From: Eukaryota sp. TZLM1-RC
Lineage: Eukaryota; Protista; Metamonada: BaSk clade
Length of the DNA stretch: 64,000 nt
Assembly (NCBI GenBank): GCA_040285825.1
Contig: JAUPSS010000002.1
Span: forward strand, 1,426,001 to 1,490,000
Direction of reading: 5' to 3'
Under the pieces are notes generated by a model. It was not told where the DNA came from and ran no database searches. It saw nothing but the letters and a program-made list of their open reading frames with translations. Shown one piece after another: positions 11,319-22,079 of this stretch (position 1 is its first letter; every line of letters starts with the position of its first letter). The position numbers were made by a program, and so were the translations under genes.

Positions 11319-13590
11319 CTATTTACTACACAGATACTGAGGCCTTTCATTACCACTCATTCTGGCTTCAGCAAATGCAAACATATTCAGACAAGCCAGC
11401 TTATTTCTATTGAAAAGCTTTTTTGAGCCTTTGTTACTTCGTTTGCAACTCTCACTGTTACAAGCTAATAAACCATGACATGTAGTAACAGCAGTTGTTT
11501 CTCTTCTATAGAATCTGGGATTTGATACTCTCAAAAACGTAGCAACTTTTTCAAAACAAACAGGACACTTTGCTGTGAAAGCTCCATTAATCATCAATAC
11601 TTCAAATCCATTTCTTTTCAGAAATTGAATCCATCCAATGCCTCTAGTAGGTCTCTGATGTTTCAAATTCTTAGAAATTCTTTTACCATAATCAGCCATT
11701 AGTATTAAAGTGTCTTTTGGGTTGCCAAGCTGCTGAACAAAATTTTTTAACAACCAACTTTCAGTCTTTTGCTTGTGAACAAAAGCTTGCATTTTATGAA
11801 TGCTCCACAAGTCAAGACTGTAAATGTCAATTGTCAAAAAAACTTGCCGAAGTTTGGCAACCACAAAGTTGGAAAAATCTGTAAAGTTGCTGAATTGGCA
11901 ACAAATGTGGATAATTCGGTGTTTGTATCTTCAATTGTCATTTCGTTAGACTCTATCATTTGGTTCCTGTCGTAATCTACCTCAGTATACTTTGTCCCCC
12001 ATCGTTTTTGTTTTTCTTTCATCCTACTTTTCAAAGCCCAGGACATCTGATTCATTCTCAACCATTTGTACTTCTTGTCTTGATTCATCACCCGACTATT
12101 TCTTTGCTGTTCGGTTTCATTCTGAGGAACCATGGCTTATTCTTGATCAGTCTTTTTACTCCCAGACTATAATAAATCACGTTTTCCAGGATCACAAACA
12201 ACAATTCGTTTGCCTAGTGAAGTATCAACATCAACATCATTAATACATAAATCAGAAATACTAGCATTGTTGTTTGGCTTATATTTCTGACCTTGTAAAT
12301 CCCGACGAACAAATTCTACTGCAATATTAAATCCTTCTGTGTGTATAATGTTGTTGAATTTGTAAATTCTTTGTTTGAACATTGGTTGGTTTAAATCGAG
12401 AATATTAGACCATAAGTCAAATTGCTCAAATGGTTTGAATCTATGAACTTGGGCTTGTGTATTGACCATTTTTAATTTCTCTACAGACAACAAATCGTCC
12501 ATAAGTGTTTGGCTAATAATTGTCCATATTGTTCTTGTGTTAATAGGAAGATATCCTGGATCTACAGTGGTTGAAACAGGAGAAATATGATAAGGTTTTT
12601 TCTCTCTACTGGAAATATATTGGGCAATTGTAATTTCTGGTTTTAGGAATAATTGAGGATCTTTTTCAACAGCGTCTGCAGGAAAATGTATATCCACTGA
12701 AATTATGTTGCCAACTAAATTCTCGTCAGTGACCAAATTCTCAATCTGACAAGTAAAAGGCTCAATAAGACCTTCAAATATGTTTCTACGTTCATTATCT
12801 CTTATATCATGTTGTTCACATAAATCGAAAAAATCATCATTCAGAAGTTCTGAAATATTTTCAGGATGATGAAACAAAGAACTCAAGCAATCTCTATCAT
12901 CAACTAAAAAGATGTTTTTGAATTGACGAAGCCTAAATCTATATAGTGAAATAATGGTAGATAATGGCGTTGAGTACCCACCCAGCTTGTGCATTTCTGA
13001 TAACACATTTTCCACATCTACCTTGTCAAAATAATCATTAATAAATCGATTAATTTGTTTTTCATAATTTAATTTCAAATTATTCTCAAAATTGGCAAAC
13101 ATTACTGGGGCCATATACTCAGGTCGTCTACTGAAGCCATCAGTTGGAAATTGTGGAAACTGTTCAGGCTTGTGTCTTGAGTCATCAAGATAACTCAATG
13201 CTTTGTTTAACTTTTGTTGCTCAAAGGTAGTTCTCAAAGTATAAACTCCTTCACCATAACCAAAGTCTTCAAAATCCTGTGGAAATGCACTTCTTGGTTT
13301 TACCATTTTTTGCCCATAAAACTTAGCATAAAGCTTAGGAATATATAAAGAATTCTGGCCATTAATAATTCATATAATTTGACAGACATTCGTGGTAGTA
13401 ATAAACTACGTTCAAATCGGTACTGTAAATACAACCTTAAGCAACATGTGGTGTGAATTCGTAATTGTTGAAATTTTGAAGCAGTTTCTCTTAATTTGAG
13501 TATCACATTTGAATGTTTAACCATTGAGTTGACGGTTGCTCGTATGGTTTTGTAAGATGATAAAATCATTTTATCTTTCTGAAACAGCAC
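11319..13590 (-). mobile_element. Near full-length Fanzor1 family-1 pseudogene (frameshifts)
   Basis: Segments 13300-13590, 12167-13306 (IHTEGFNIAVEF WED motif; IVVCDPGKRDLL RuvC-I), 11834-12133 and 11319-11864 (ILMADY, PTRGIGW, CPVC, HGLLAC..C, FNRNKLACLNM, GNERPQYL). Confidence 0.9.
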
Positions 13591-14099
13591 GAAAAGTTTT
13601 AGACAAAAGATACAATCATGAAGCCCATATTGAATTAAATTTTTGAAATTACACCATCAATTGTATTTTTTAAGCAATAATTCCTCAGCCTTTTGAGTCA
13701 TATGAAGATAAAGTTTTCGTCGTTTCTGTCTAGCACATAGATTTGACGGTAAACTTTTAACGAACTCCTTGAATATTACATTTTGTTCTGTATCAATTGG
13801 TACAGAAGTTGAATCAATGCTGGGTGAATGGCCACTTTAATGGTTAGTACAGGGTTTCCCAGCAGTTTTTGAGGTAAATTTTCCGCTTTTTCCTGCCTGA
13901 GTTCTTGTCTTACAATTTTTGAAGGAGGGGTTGACTTTACCGTTGACTTTCTCTTTTTGAGCCTACTATTGTCACTGAGTGTATCACTGAACTGGTTTGG
14001 ACATAATGTTATTATTGCATAATAATCAATTTCTTCTTAGTTCTGTAGCATTTACACCGACAGTGATTTCGGTCCCTGGCACAATCAGGGACAAATATG

Positions 14100-14590
14100 T
14101 TTTCATATATATAGATAGGAGAAAATTTTGAATACAATGCAACACGTATAAGCCACTTTCATTGGGGGTTTGTCGTTCTCCTACACCCATTGCACAAGAT
14201 CAAATATCGTGAATGGTCAAATTGTTTTACATTTTCTAAAGTATTTTAGACATAACAATGATCCAACCAAGGGTCGAAAAAGATGCATTCTTTCTGCTCA
14301 ACATCAATAATTGCTAAAGTTCAATATAATTCATAACAGGCTTGTTGATCTAGTGCATCATCCAATGGTATGATTCGGAGTTTATTTTCAAAAACAATTC
14401 GATCAATTGCTCATAAGCATTGGAGATGATCTTTGATTTCATACCTTCAGGGCTAATGTAAACAATGATATCCAAATTATTATAATTATTCAATAGTTGC
14501 TCAGCCCAAAAATCCATCACATCATCAGCAATCCATGTTCCTGGTTTTAAACTGTCTTAATTAGAAAAATATATGTTGACAGGATCAGGG
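14100..14590 (-). pseudogene. Ulp1/SENP (C48) cysteine protease remnant upstream of the Fanzor
   Basis: Manual translation: SLKPGTWIADDVMDFWAEQL, RIIPL, Y*TLAIIDVEQKECIFFDP, matching the LxPxxWLxDxVIxF and HWxLxxID...(Y/F)D motifs. Confidence 0.6.
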
Positions 14591-15009
14591 TTTGATTCAA
14601 CGTCTTTATCTATTGTTAAAGCAACAGAAAAAAGGGTTGATTGACAGTAAATCATCGTTAACAAAGGTTGAAATATTTACGACTCTGAATGCAGTATTAA
14701 GGAAGGAAAATAAAAGGCCAATCAAGTTTTCAGAAAATTCATCAAAATAATCAAGCCATCCACCAAAAGTTGTGTTACCATTAAACAACTTATTGATTTC
14801 ATGTAAAGTAATATACACATATATCTCAAGCTGGATTTTATAGACAGTTACAACAGCTGTAGAATTACGGTCAGGATAAGCAAAATCAAAATTAAACCTC
14901 CAAAATTGATCAATTGACACATGAAACAATTATAGAGTTCAGCAGAAAGGGAAGAGGTATCCACTGTAGAGTTAACAATATTTAAAACAGATTCTCAAAA
15001 CCTAGTTTT

Positions 15010-15170
15010 GTTTTTTGCATTTTCAAGTCCATTCCAACAATGATTTCAAAGGCACTTTTAGCTATTGGTGTAGAATATGAACGTAATGCTGTGAGTAGGT
15101 TCAGTAATAGTGACGCTTGTTTGGAGGATATTGAATTCTAGATGGTTATTTTTATCTCAATAAATATTCC
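15010..15170 (+). mobile_element. RLE family B 3'-terminal stub
   Basis: About 135 bp near-identical to 87-219, ending DACLEDIEF* followed by TCAATAAATA. Confidence 0.85.
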
Positions 15171-15659
15171 AGTTTTTTAAAAAAAACCTAGTTTTATGAG
15201 AATTAGCAACCTCAGCTTGTTGAAATTGGTTTAAAAAGGTGTTATTACAACCAATATTGGAAATGTCAATATAAGTTGTAGCAGCTTTAGTATTATCTTT
15301 AATATTGAAAACGTTATTTTCAATTCCTTGGAATTTGGCATTATTTAAAGTCAAAACAGTTTTGGTTAACTCAAGGTGACCATCAGTAGCATAACTCACA
15401 AGTTCTAAATCAATAATAGAATCAATAGTAAAAGTTGAAACATCAAAATCAACAATATATTTAACAAGGGTAACCAGAGATGAATTGTTAATACCAACAA
15501 GAGTTTGGGACAAATGACCAATAAGTAAGGATCCAGCCAAAGTAATCTCTCAATTATCAACAGTAAATAGGGGATCACTAACTGAACAAATTACAGTGGG
15601 GGTGGTGAATGGCGATTGGTGGGTAGAAAAGAGAATGGAGAAATCAAGGAGGGGAACTT

Positions 15660-16450
15660 TGTCCATATTTTTAGGAGAAATTTTTGATCCGCATTTGCAA
15701 ATCAATTTATGGAGCACGTAATCGGGCCAAATGAAACATCGAAGGCGCACTGTACAATAAAATGTAGTATTATCTGAAAGAAGACCATAAATTTGAGGTA
15801 TTTGAGTAATTAAACACGAAGAGGAACTGTTTTGGACATCTAACAAAAAATTGCGAAGGCGGGATTATTATTTTTGGCCGAGCCAAGACGAACATCAAAA
15901 TCCAATCCTCGAAAAACTATTGTAAATTTTGTTGCAATTTTTTAGCACAATATTTCAAAAGTGTTTACTGGCAAAACAGGATTGTATTTTCTATTTTTAA
16001 GGAAATGGTAAAACTAATTCCTGATTCATTCTCTTCTTTTGGGAAATTTTCTGAATCTTTAGCAATAAATTGTTTTGATGTAGGGGAGACAGGTTTTGAG
16101 GATGTGGAGTTTTATTGTGTATTTTATGTTTTCATATTTCTTGCTGAATGAATAAAATAAACCATCAAGTTCAAATAAGATATTCAAATTTACTAGCGTC
16201 CTAAGTGGTATTTCCTTTACATTATCAGGAAAGCATTTGGTTCAAATTTCAGGGGGCAAACAATCAAGAACTTCTCCAAGGTCTCTTAAATAGTTATTAC
16301 TTGTAGAATTCAACAAGTCAAGATCATTTGGAAAACAGTTGCAAAATTCAAAAACAAATTTTTCCCTCCACAAAGAAAAGCAGCGTGACAGAGAATAGAC
16401 GATTTAGTGAAATTAATACCACCAAAATTGGATGAAAAAATACATGACTT
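15660..16450 (-). mobile_element. Degenerate RLE retrotransposon fragment (post-RT region)
   Basis: FSSNFGGINFTKSSILCHAAFL at about 16440-16375 and SSSCLITQIPQIYGLLSD..VRLRCFIWP..LICKCG, homologous to the family-B MRCFLWP..LICRC motif. Confidence 0.6.
15961..16142. repeat. About 185-bp dispersed repeat, second copy at about 34279-34461
   Basis: gtgtttactggcaaaacag...gatgtagggga...ggttttgaggatgtggagtttta...ttttatgttttcatatttctt is shared, roughly 85-90% identical by eye. Confidence 0.8.
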
Positions 16451-16567
16451 CAAATTAGATCAGGATTGACATCAATCAAAAATGGAAAAATATTTGTTCT
16501 TAGATGGTTAAAGGATTGCTCAAAAACTAAAAAAAACTGCCAAGTTCTTTTTCTCCCAAACTTTCAA

Positions 16568-17752
16568 ATGTTTCTTTCTCGACGAATTGCCCGTTATTTT
16601 GAGAATGTCAACAAGGCTAAGAAAACACGGATGCTGCTCACACGATCATCTCAAATGACCAGAGATCAGACAATTTCTATCCTTTCCGATGTTTTCAGTG
16701 CTAACATGCCCAGTAGAGAACTAGATCTATCCCTTTCTCTCTTGATTCAACTCACCACAAGTCCAGTGGACTCTCGGTTTTCTTTCTTCCCTCACACAGT
16801 TATCCCTCTTTTCCATCGATTTGTATCAACAGCATTAGATCGAAGGCTCCTTTCTTCTCTCTTTTGCGTTATTGGTAACATTGGAGCAGATCAACCAAAG
16901 CTCTTATCACCCATTTTTCCTTCTCTACTTCCAGAACTACTCTCTATATTCGATGTCTTTTTCGCTACTTACCCCACTCAAGTCTTTAATTACATTCATT
17001 GTCTCAGACTAGTTTACCTAAATGTAGAGGATATTTCTAGGGAAGAGCACCTGTCGGTTTATAAGATAATTAAACAGTTATTAACCACCAGGAACAACTT
17101 CCCGACCCTCATGCTGACTTTGGCTTTCCTTTCAAAACTGGTTATGATTAGTCCTATGCTTTTTGCTGAAAATTTTGAAACTTCTGAATTTTTAACAGAT
17201 TTGATTTTCTTGTTAGATTTTGTTTCCATCTCCAAAAGTGATTTTGTTGATGAAATTACCTCCTTTTCCTTTCAAATATTAATAAGTTTGGTTGACAGAA
17301 TTGATTCTATCAACTTTTCATCTTGCACATTAGAGACTTTAATTTCTGTTTTAAAAGTTCAAACTATCTCCAATGTTGTTAAATTTAAACCACTTTTACC
17401 AATGATTGTAGGGTCCTTATATTCTAAGGTCAACAAATTTCCAAAACATTTTATTTTATTTTTTGCCAAGGAGATGTACAATCAATTAATCCATAATCAA
17501 GAATTATTAAAACCAACTGCTTGGCTGTTGACCCATATTGAACCTATTAATCTTTACAGTGAATATGTTTTGAAAATATTAAAAATACTAATTGAAAAAG
17601 GCGACTCCTCTTTTTCCAATGTTGGAAAGACTTTGGTAATGAAGCTATTGTCAGAATGCCACAACACCAATACTAATGTTGAAGAAGTAATTCTGTCTTT
17701 GCAGAATGCGCACCTGCTAGAACATTTTCAAGAACAAATAAGATTTAGTTGA
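16568..17752 (+). CDS. Helical-repeat (ARM/importin-alpha-like) protein, divergent
   Basis: 395-aa Leu-rich helical ORF; basic N-terminus and CVIGNIGAD ARM-like motif. Confidence 0.5.
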   Translation: MFLSRRIARYFENVNKAKKTRMLLTRSSQMTRDQTISILSDVFSANMPSRELDLSLSLLIQLTTSPVDSRFSFFPHTVIPLFHRFVSTALDRRLLSSLFCVIGNIGADQPKLLSPIFPSLLPELLSIFDVFFATYPTQVFNYIHCLRLVYLNVEDISREEHLSVYKIIKQLLTTRNNFPTLMLTLAFLSKLVMISPMLFAENFETSEFLTDLIFLLDFVSISKSDFVDEITSFSFQILISLVDRIDSINFSSCTLETLISVLKVQTISNVVKFKPLLPMIVGSLYSKVNKFPKHFILFFAKEMYNQLIHNQELLKPTAWLLTHIEPINLYSEYVLKILKILIEKGDSSFSNVGKTLVMKLLSECHNTNTNVEEVILSLQNAHLLEHFQEQIRFS

Positions 17753-17790
17753 AAATAAAGGAAAATATGGAATTAATCATTTATAATTAA

Positions 17791-18894
17791 TTAACCATGT
17801 ATAATTAATCCTGATAAATAAGGATGATTTAATATATTCTGATCAAAATCCGAATTATTAACAGTATTCAAAATAGATTCGTTCAAAATTTGCAAACTCT
17901 CCACCGAATCACACCATCTCAATCTTTTTGATTCGGCAATCCGACATTTTTGATTACTGGAAAAGGAAAAAAGGAAATCAATAGGTTGAGATCTTCCATA
18001 ATCATCATTAGTAAGTGGAAAGCAGATATTTGAAAGGCCAAGTAAATCAATAAATTCAGTAGGAAATTGGTCAAAAGGGATGATAAAACTGAATGTTTGT
18101 TTTAAATAATTATATTGTTCCTTATTTATTGGGGATAATAATTCAAAATTAAAATCACCACCGAGAATTATTGGAATATTGACCTGTTGCGACCAGCAAT
18201 CAACCAACTTGAGTAAACTGATGACTTGATCCATTTTACCAAACTTGGTTAATCCTCTATGAATTCCGTGATAATTAAATAAAATGAAATTAAACTCTCC
18301 ACAAGAAACCTCAATTATTAAAGATCGATGTAATAAAATTGACAATGTTTCTTGAGAAATAAAGCTTAAATCTGGATTTTTTTGAATTATTGATTTGAAA
18401 TATGCACTATTTAAATCATATCTATTATTAATTTCAAAGAAATCGCCGAGTAGGATTACTGAATTTGTCTTACCGACTATCTTTTTCTCAACCCCATCAA
18501 TTACTTTGAGTTTTGGATCAAAATGTGGCGATAACATCCGCGATAAACGTTTTATTCCAAAAGATTCCTGAAGAAAAAGGACATCCACGGGCCTGGCACT
18601 TATAAACTTATCAATAATTTCAACAAAGACACTAGAGTGTTCCGATTTAGCTCGATCACCAATATTCCAGGTACCAATAGAGTGGAGAGTCGAAGTGTTG
18701 TGGGCAATGGATTTCACAGTCCTATATTGACTTCGTTGTGCAGTATTGATTTGGGCTGAAGTAAATGAAGTGTGGGTTGAGCCTGATTCATTGTATAAAG
18801 GAAGAGGAAGTGTTGAATGTAGGACAAAATTAGCAACATCATCATGAGGTTGTCTGTGAGGAAAGCAGCAACAGAACAACCTTCTGAAAAGCAT
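17791..18894 (-). CDS. Endonuclease/exonuclease/phosphatase (EEP) family protein
   Basis: IGTWNI, DVLFLQE, NYH, IILGGDFN, PIDFLF, NHP motifs; N-terminal LFCCCF is a possible palmitoylation site. Confidence 0.8.
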   Translation of the reverse strand: MLFRRLFCCCFPHRQPHDDVANFVLHSTLPLPLYNESGSTHTSFTSAQINTAQRSQYRTVKSIAHNTSTLHSIGTWNIGDRAKSEHSSVFVEIIDKFISARPVDVLFLQESFGIKRLSRMLSPHFDPKLKVIDGVEKKIVGKTNSVILLGDFFEINNRYDLNSAYFKSIIQKNPDLSFISQETLSILLHRSLIIEVSCGEFNFILFNYHGIHRGLTKFGKMDQVISLLKLVDCWSQQVNIPIILGGDFNFELLSPINKEQYNYLKQTFSFIIPFDQFPTEFIDLLGLSNICFPLTNDDYGRSQPIDFLFSFSSNQKCRIAESKRLRWCDSVESLQILNESILNTVNNSDFDQNILNHPYLSGLIIHG

Positions 18895-18955
18895 TCCAAT
18901 TGAATTGAGGAAATTCCAATTGTTCTTATCTCGACTGCATCCTTACCAACTTTAA

Positions 18956-20716
18956 ATGTCTTATCATGAAGCACAGCAGCTTCGAAATCTAGCTCATACC
19001 ATTAAAAAAGTTCATCGTTCAGAAAGCCGGTCAACATCACATGAGCGCGAACGGTCATTGTCAGAGGCCACTTCACTTTTAGAAGCTGCTATTTCTAAGT
19101 TATCATCTCATAACGCACCTCCTCCACCGAAACGCCACAATAAAAACCACATTTTTGATGAAGCTGCCACCATAGCCAAAACCCCTCCCCGTACACTCTC
19201 ACATGCTAAAAGGTTTGTCTCTGGTGCTTTGAGTGACAATGACGACGATTCTGTTGATGATATGTGCTCATCAATCCTTTCAGCTGCCAATGAAGTTGAA
19301 AGGGATGCTACCAAGAAGCTCTCAAAACTTGAGAACCGTCAGGAAAGTCTTGAACAGTCCCTGGACTCTCTTTCAAATGTCCAATCAGAAATATCCACGT
19401 CAGTGGCCTCGCTCTCCGACCGATACTCTTCTCTTGATTCAGAACTTCATTCCCTACAGTCTTCTATATCGTCACTAGGTGAAGTGTTGTCGCATATCAA
19501 TGATTTTGACTTGAAATCATTCTCCTCAAAGTTGAATCAAAATGAATCAGATTTAGCCAAATGTGTTGAGAAAACAGATAATCTATCAAAAGTCATGGTT
19601 CGTCATGGGGAAGTCGTCGAGAGTCTTCCAGGTCTGCTAAAGTCAACAACTGAAAATAGTATCAGAAAGATTTGCAGTGAGTATGATTCAAAGATTAATC
19701 AACTTTGGTCAGAGTTAGGTCAAAAAGATGACGTGATTAGGTCAAAATTGTCAAGTGAAGTCTCTAAAATATTGGAAAGTTACTCCACAAAGGATCATCT
19801 TGGTTATAATATAAGTCAATTAGCTTCTAGAATTGATGAACTTTCTGCAAGTAATTCGAAATCAATAAAAAAGATTTCCAAATCGACAGAATCGATGGTT
19901 AATGAACAAGTTTCTTCGTTGGAAAGAAAGGTATTTGATCAAATAGAGGAGATCAAAAGAGCTCAAAGAGAAGTATCAAAAAGAGATCAATCACCAGTGT
20001 CTGAAAATTTTGTACAGGAAGTTGTTGAAAAATTAACCAAATATTCAGGTTATTTTAAGGACGTTAAAAGCACCTTAACTCACCTAGATTCCAATCAAAA
20101 ACAGTTCAGTTCTGATTTGGAACGTCAGGCCAATCAATCATCAAAAATGATTGATGATGTCATTAAAAGGGTAAGTCGAGTCGAGGAGGTTCATAATGAT
20201 CAAGTTAATGCTTATGAAAGCGCTTTTTCCGCCATTAAAGATCAAATATCAATCCTTTTTCGCCGAATATCTGATCTAGAAGAGCAGAAAGTCAATGATA
20301 GTCATGGAGATTTGATTGAAACTTTGGTTGAACGGGTTGTGGATAAATTGGATGAAAAACATTCACGAGAAGAAAAAGTTAAAAAAAGCAAGAAAGTGTC
20401 AAAAATAGCCTCTACCACTAGAGAAGTTCAGAATCTTTTGAATTCAAGACCAGCTTCAAGACCAAGAGATAGCTCTGGTTACAGAGAATACAGCTCAAGA
20501 ACAGCTCAGAGCCCAAATATTTCTGATTATTTGACAAGTTCTGCTGATGTTCCAGTGCAACGTCCCCAGCAAGAATCTTTTTTGAATTTTTCACCTCGAA
20601 AAACAAGACCTGAAGCCCATCCAGCTGATTTCACTACACCCCAATTGTTCACAAAGTCAAGTGCAGATTTTGAATCAAGGGTGGCCGATATTCGAAAAAA
20701 TCTTGGTCAATTGTGA
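18956..20716 (+). CDS. Coiled-coil protein, unknown function
   Basis: 586-aa ORF with heptad-rich S/E/K/L composition. Confidence 0.75.
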   Translation: MSYHEAQQLRNLAHTIKKVHRSESRSTSHERERSLSEATSLLEAAISKLSSHNAPPPPKRHNKNHIFDEAATIAKTPPRTLSHAKRFVSGALSDNDDDSVDDMCSSILSAANEVERDATKKLSKLENRQESLEQSLDSLSNVQSEISTSVASLSDRYSSLDSELHSLQSSISSLGEVLSHINDFDLKSFSSKLNQNESDLAKCVEKTDNLSKVMVRHGEVVESLPGLLKSTTENSIRKICSEYDSKINQLWSELGQKDDVIRSKLSSEVSKILESYSTKDHLGYNISQLASRIDELSASNSKSIKKISKSTESMVNEQVSSLERKVFDQIEEIKRAQREVSKRDQSPVSENFVQEVVEKLTKYSGYFKDVKSTLTHLDSNQKQFSSDLERQANQSSKMIDDVIKRVSRVEEVHNDQVNAYESAFSAIKDQISILFRRISDLEEQKVNDSHGDLIETLVERVVDKLDEKHSREEKVKKSKKVSKIASTTREVQNLLNSRPASRPRDSSGYREYSSRTAQSPNISDYLTSSADVPVQRPQQESFLNFSPRKTRPEAHPADFTTPQLFTKSSADFESRVADIRKNLGQL

Positions 20717-20776
20717 AAATAAATTGTAAAATACTCTCAAAAAAAGAAAAAAGTTTGTTTTATGTACAAAAGAACA

Positions 20777-21415
20777 CTAAATAACAGAATGGTTAATACT
20801 CGATTTCCTAGTCCAAAAGAACATGACAAATACAACAAAAACAACAATCAGAGCCAATGGATACCTTTTAGATGTTCTACGAGTGACTACCGCAACTTCT
20901 TCTATAGTTTCTTCCTCTGGTGATGAATCAATTTCTCTTGGTTCCAAATCTTCTGAGGGAAAGACATCAGACATTATTCCACACACATGACATTGCCACG
21001 ACCGTGACTCCTGTGCTAGACGTCTTCTTGTCTGGGGAGGGGAATCAATGCTTCCAATAGCACCCCCTCCTTTTTCTGTAAATAATGACCTTACTGCCAA
21101 CAACATTGACGATATAGTCCACGAAGGGTTCCATGTAGATTCGTGATAACTCGTCACGTTGAGGCATATGCGAACACCTGGTTGAAACCTTCCATTGGGA
21201 GTGTCAAAGATAATGTCTGGAGGCTTAAGGGGATATTGAGATGGTAGAAGAATACGACCATGGTAGATACCTCCTTGAAAGTCACTTTCCAAAGGACCTA
21301 ACATTGTGAAATGCCAATTGAAGAGATTACCTTCATTTGGAGATGCTTTGATGCCTTCTGGGGGATTTTTGGCTAATTGGGACGCTTCTTTGAGAAGTCT
21401 TGACCTAGAAGACAT
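20777..21415 (-). CDS. UBE2J1: Ubiquitin-conjugating enzyme E2 J / Ubc6 (tail-anchored)
   Basis: WHFTMLGP...GGIYHGRILLPSQYPLKPP...TPNGRF...ICL...YHESTWNPSW; C-terminal transmembrane segment. Confidence 0.9.
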   Translation of the reverse strand: MSSRSRLLKEASQLAKNPPEGIKASPNEGNLFNWHFTMLGPLESDFQGGIYHGRILLPSQYPLKPPDIIFDTPNGRFQPGVRICLNVTSYHESTWNPSWTISSMLLAVRSLFTEKGGGAIGSIDSPPQTRRRLAQESRSWQCHVCGIMSDVFPSEDLEPREIDSSPEEETIEEVAVVTRRTSKRYPLALIVVFVVFVMFFWTRKSSINHSVI

Positions 21416-21900
21416 CAGTTAGAACACTGATGAAATAAATCAAATTTCTTTTTCAAAACTTGAGGCCTTTCTTTTTTTAACTCCTATAAAGAATTTGCGA
21501 CTTTGCTCTCTTGCAGGGTCTCGCGCTAGGTACTCTATGTTTCTTTATATTTTCATCTTCTTTTTCCTCAATTGCAATTCTACATTGTGAAGAAAGTTGT
21601 TTGTTGCATTGCATTGCATTATGATTGTAAATTTTCATGGTTCAGAGTTTTCTTTCAGAAAATTAATTGTAGCTCCCTATCCTTAACCATTTTGTTTTGA
21701 TAAATCCATGTATTTTGCTTTTTACAATTTCTGATTGGCTTTGTTCAGAGTGTTTATCATTTTTTGGGGAAACCTATATTTTAAAAGTGAATTCCCTAGG
21801 TCTTGATTCCTTGATTTCACTTGGGGGAGGATTTTGTATTGATCTGAAGTCGAGAATCTTGTCCATAGTTGTTCAATACCTTGAAATTATTCAGATCCTC
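21416..21900 (-). mobile_element. Fanzor family-2 remnant with shortened right end abutting the UBE2J ATG
   Basis: EEKEDENIKKHRVPSARPCKRAK and RPQVLK match the remnant at 4058-4320; DNA 21500-21570 aligns to 4210-4281; upstream limit approximate. Confidence 0.75.
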
Positions 21901-22079
21901 TGGTGAGCTTTAGTCAAGTACGGACCAATTTCATTTTAGGACATCTTATTTTTTAATTTCATTTTTAAATTCATTTTAAAGAATACTGTGCTAAAATATA
22001 ATTTATTCTTTGGATTAGACCTAAATTTACATGGGAAGTGCATAAATGTAGATTATCATATGATTATACGGTTTAATAT

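Noticed and set aside
14606-15540. Two short minus-strand ORFs resembling beta-rich surface-protein fragments
   Set aside because: No recognisable motif, interrupted by an RLE stub; cannot assign
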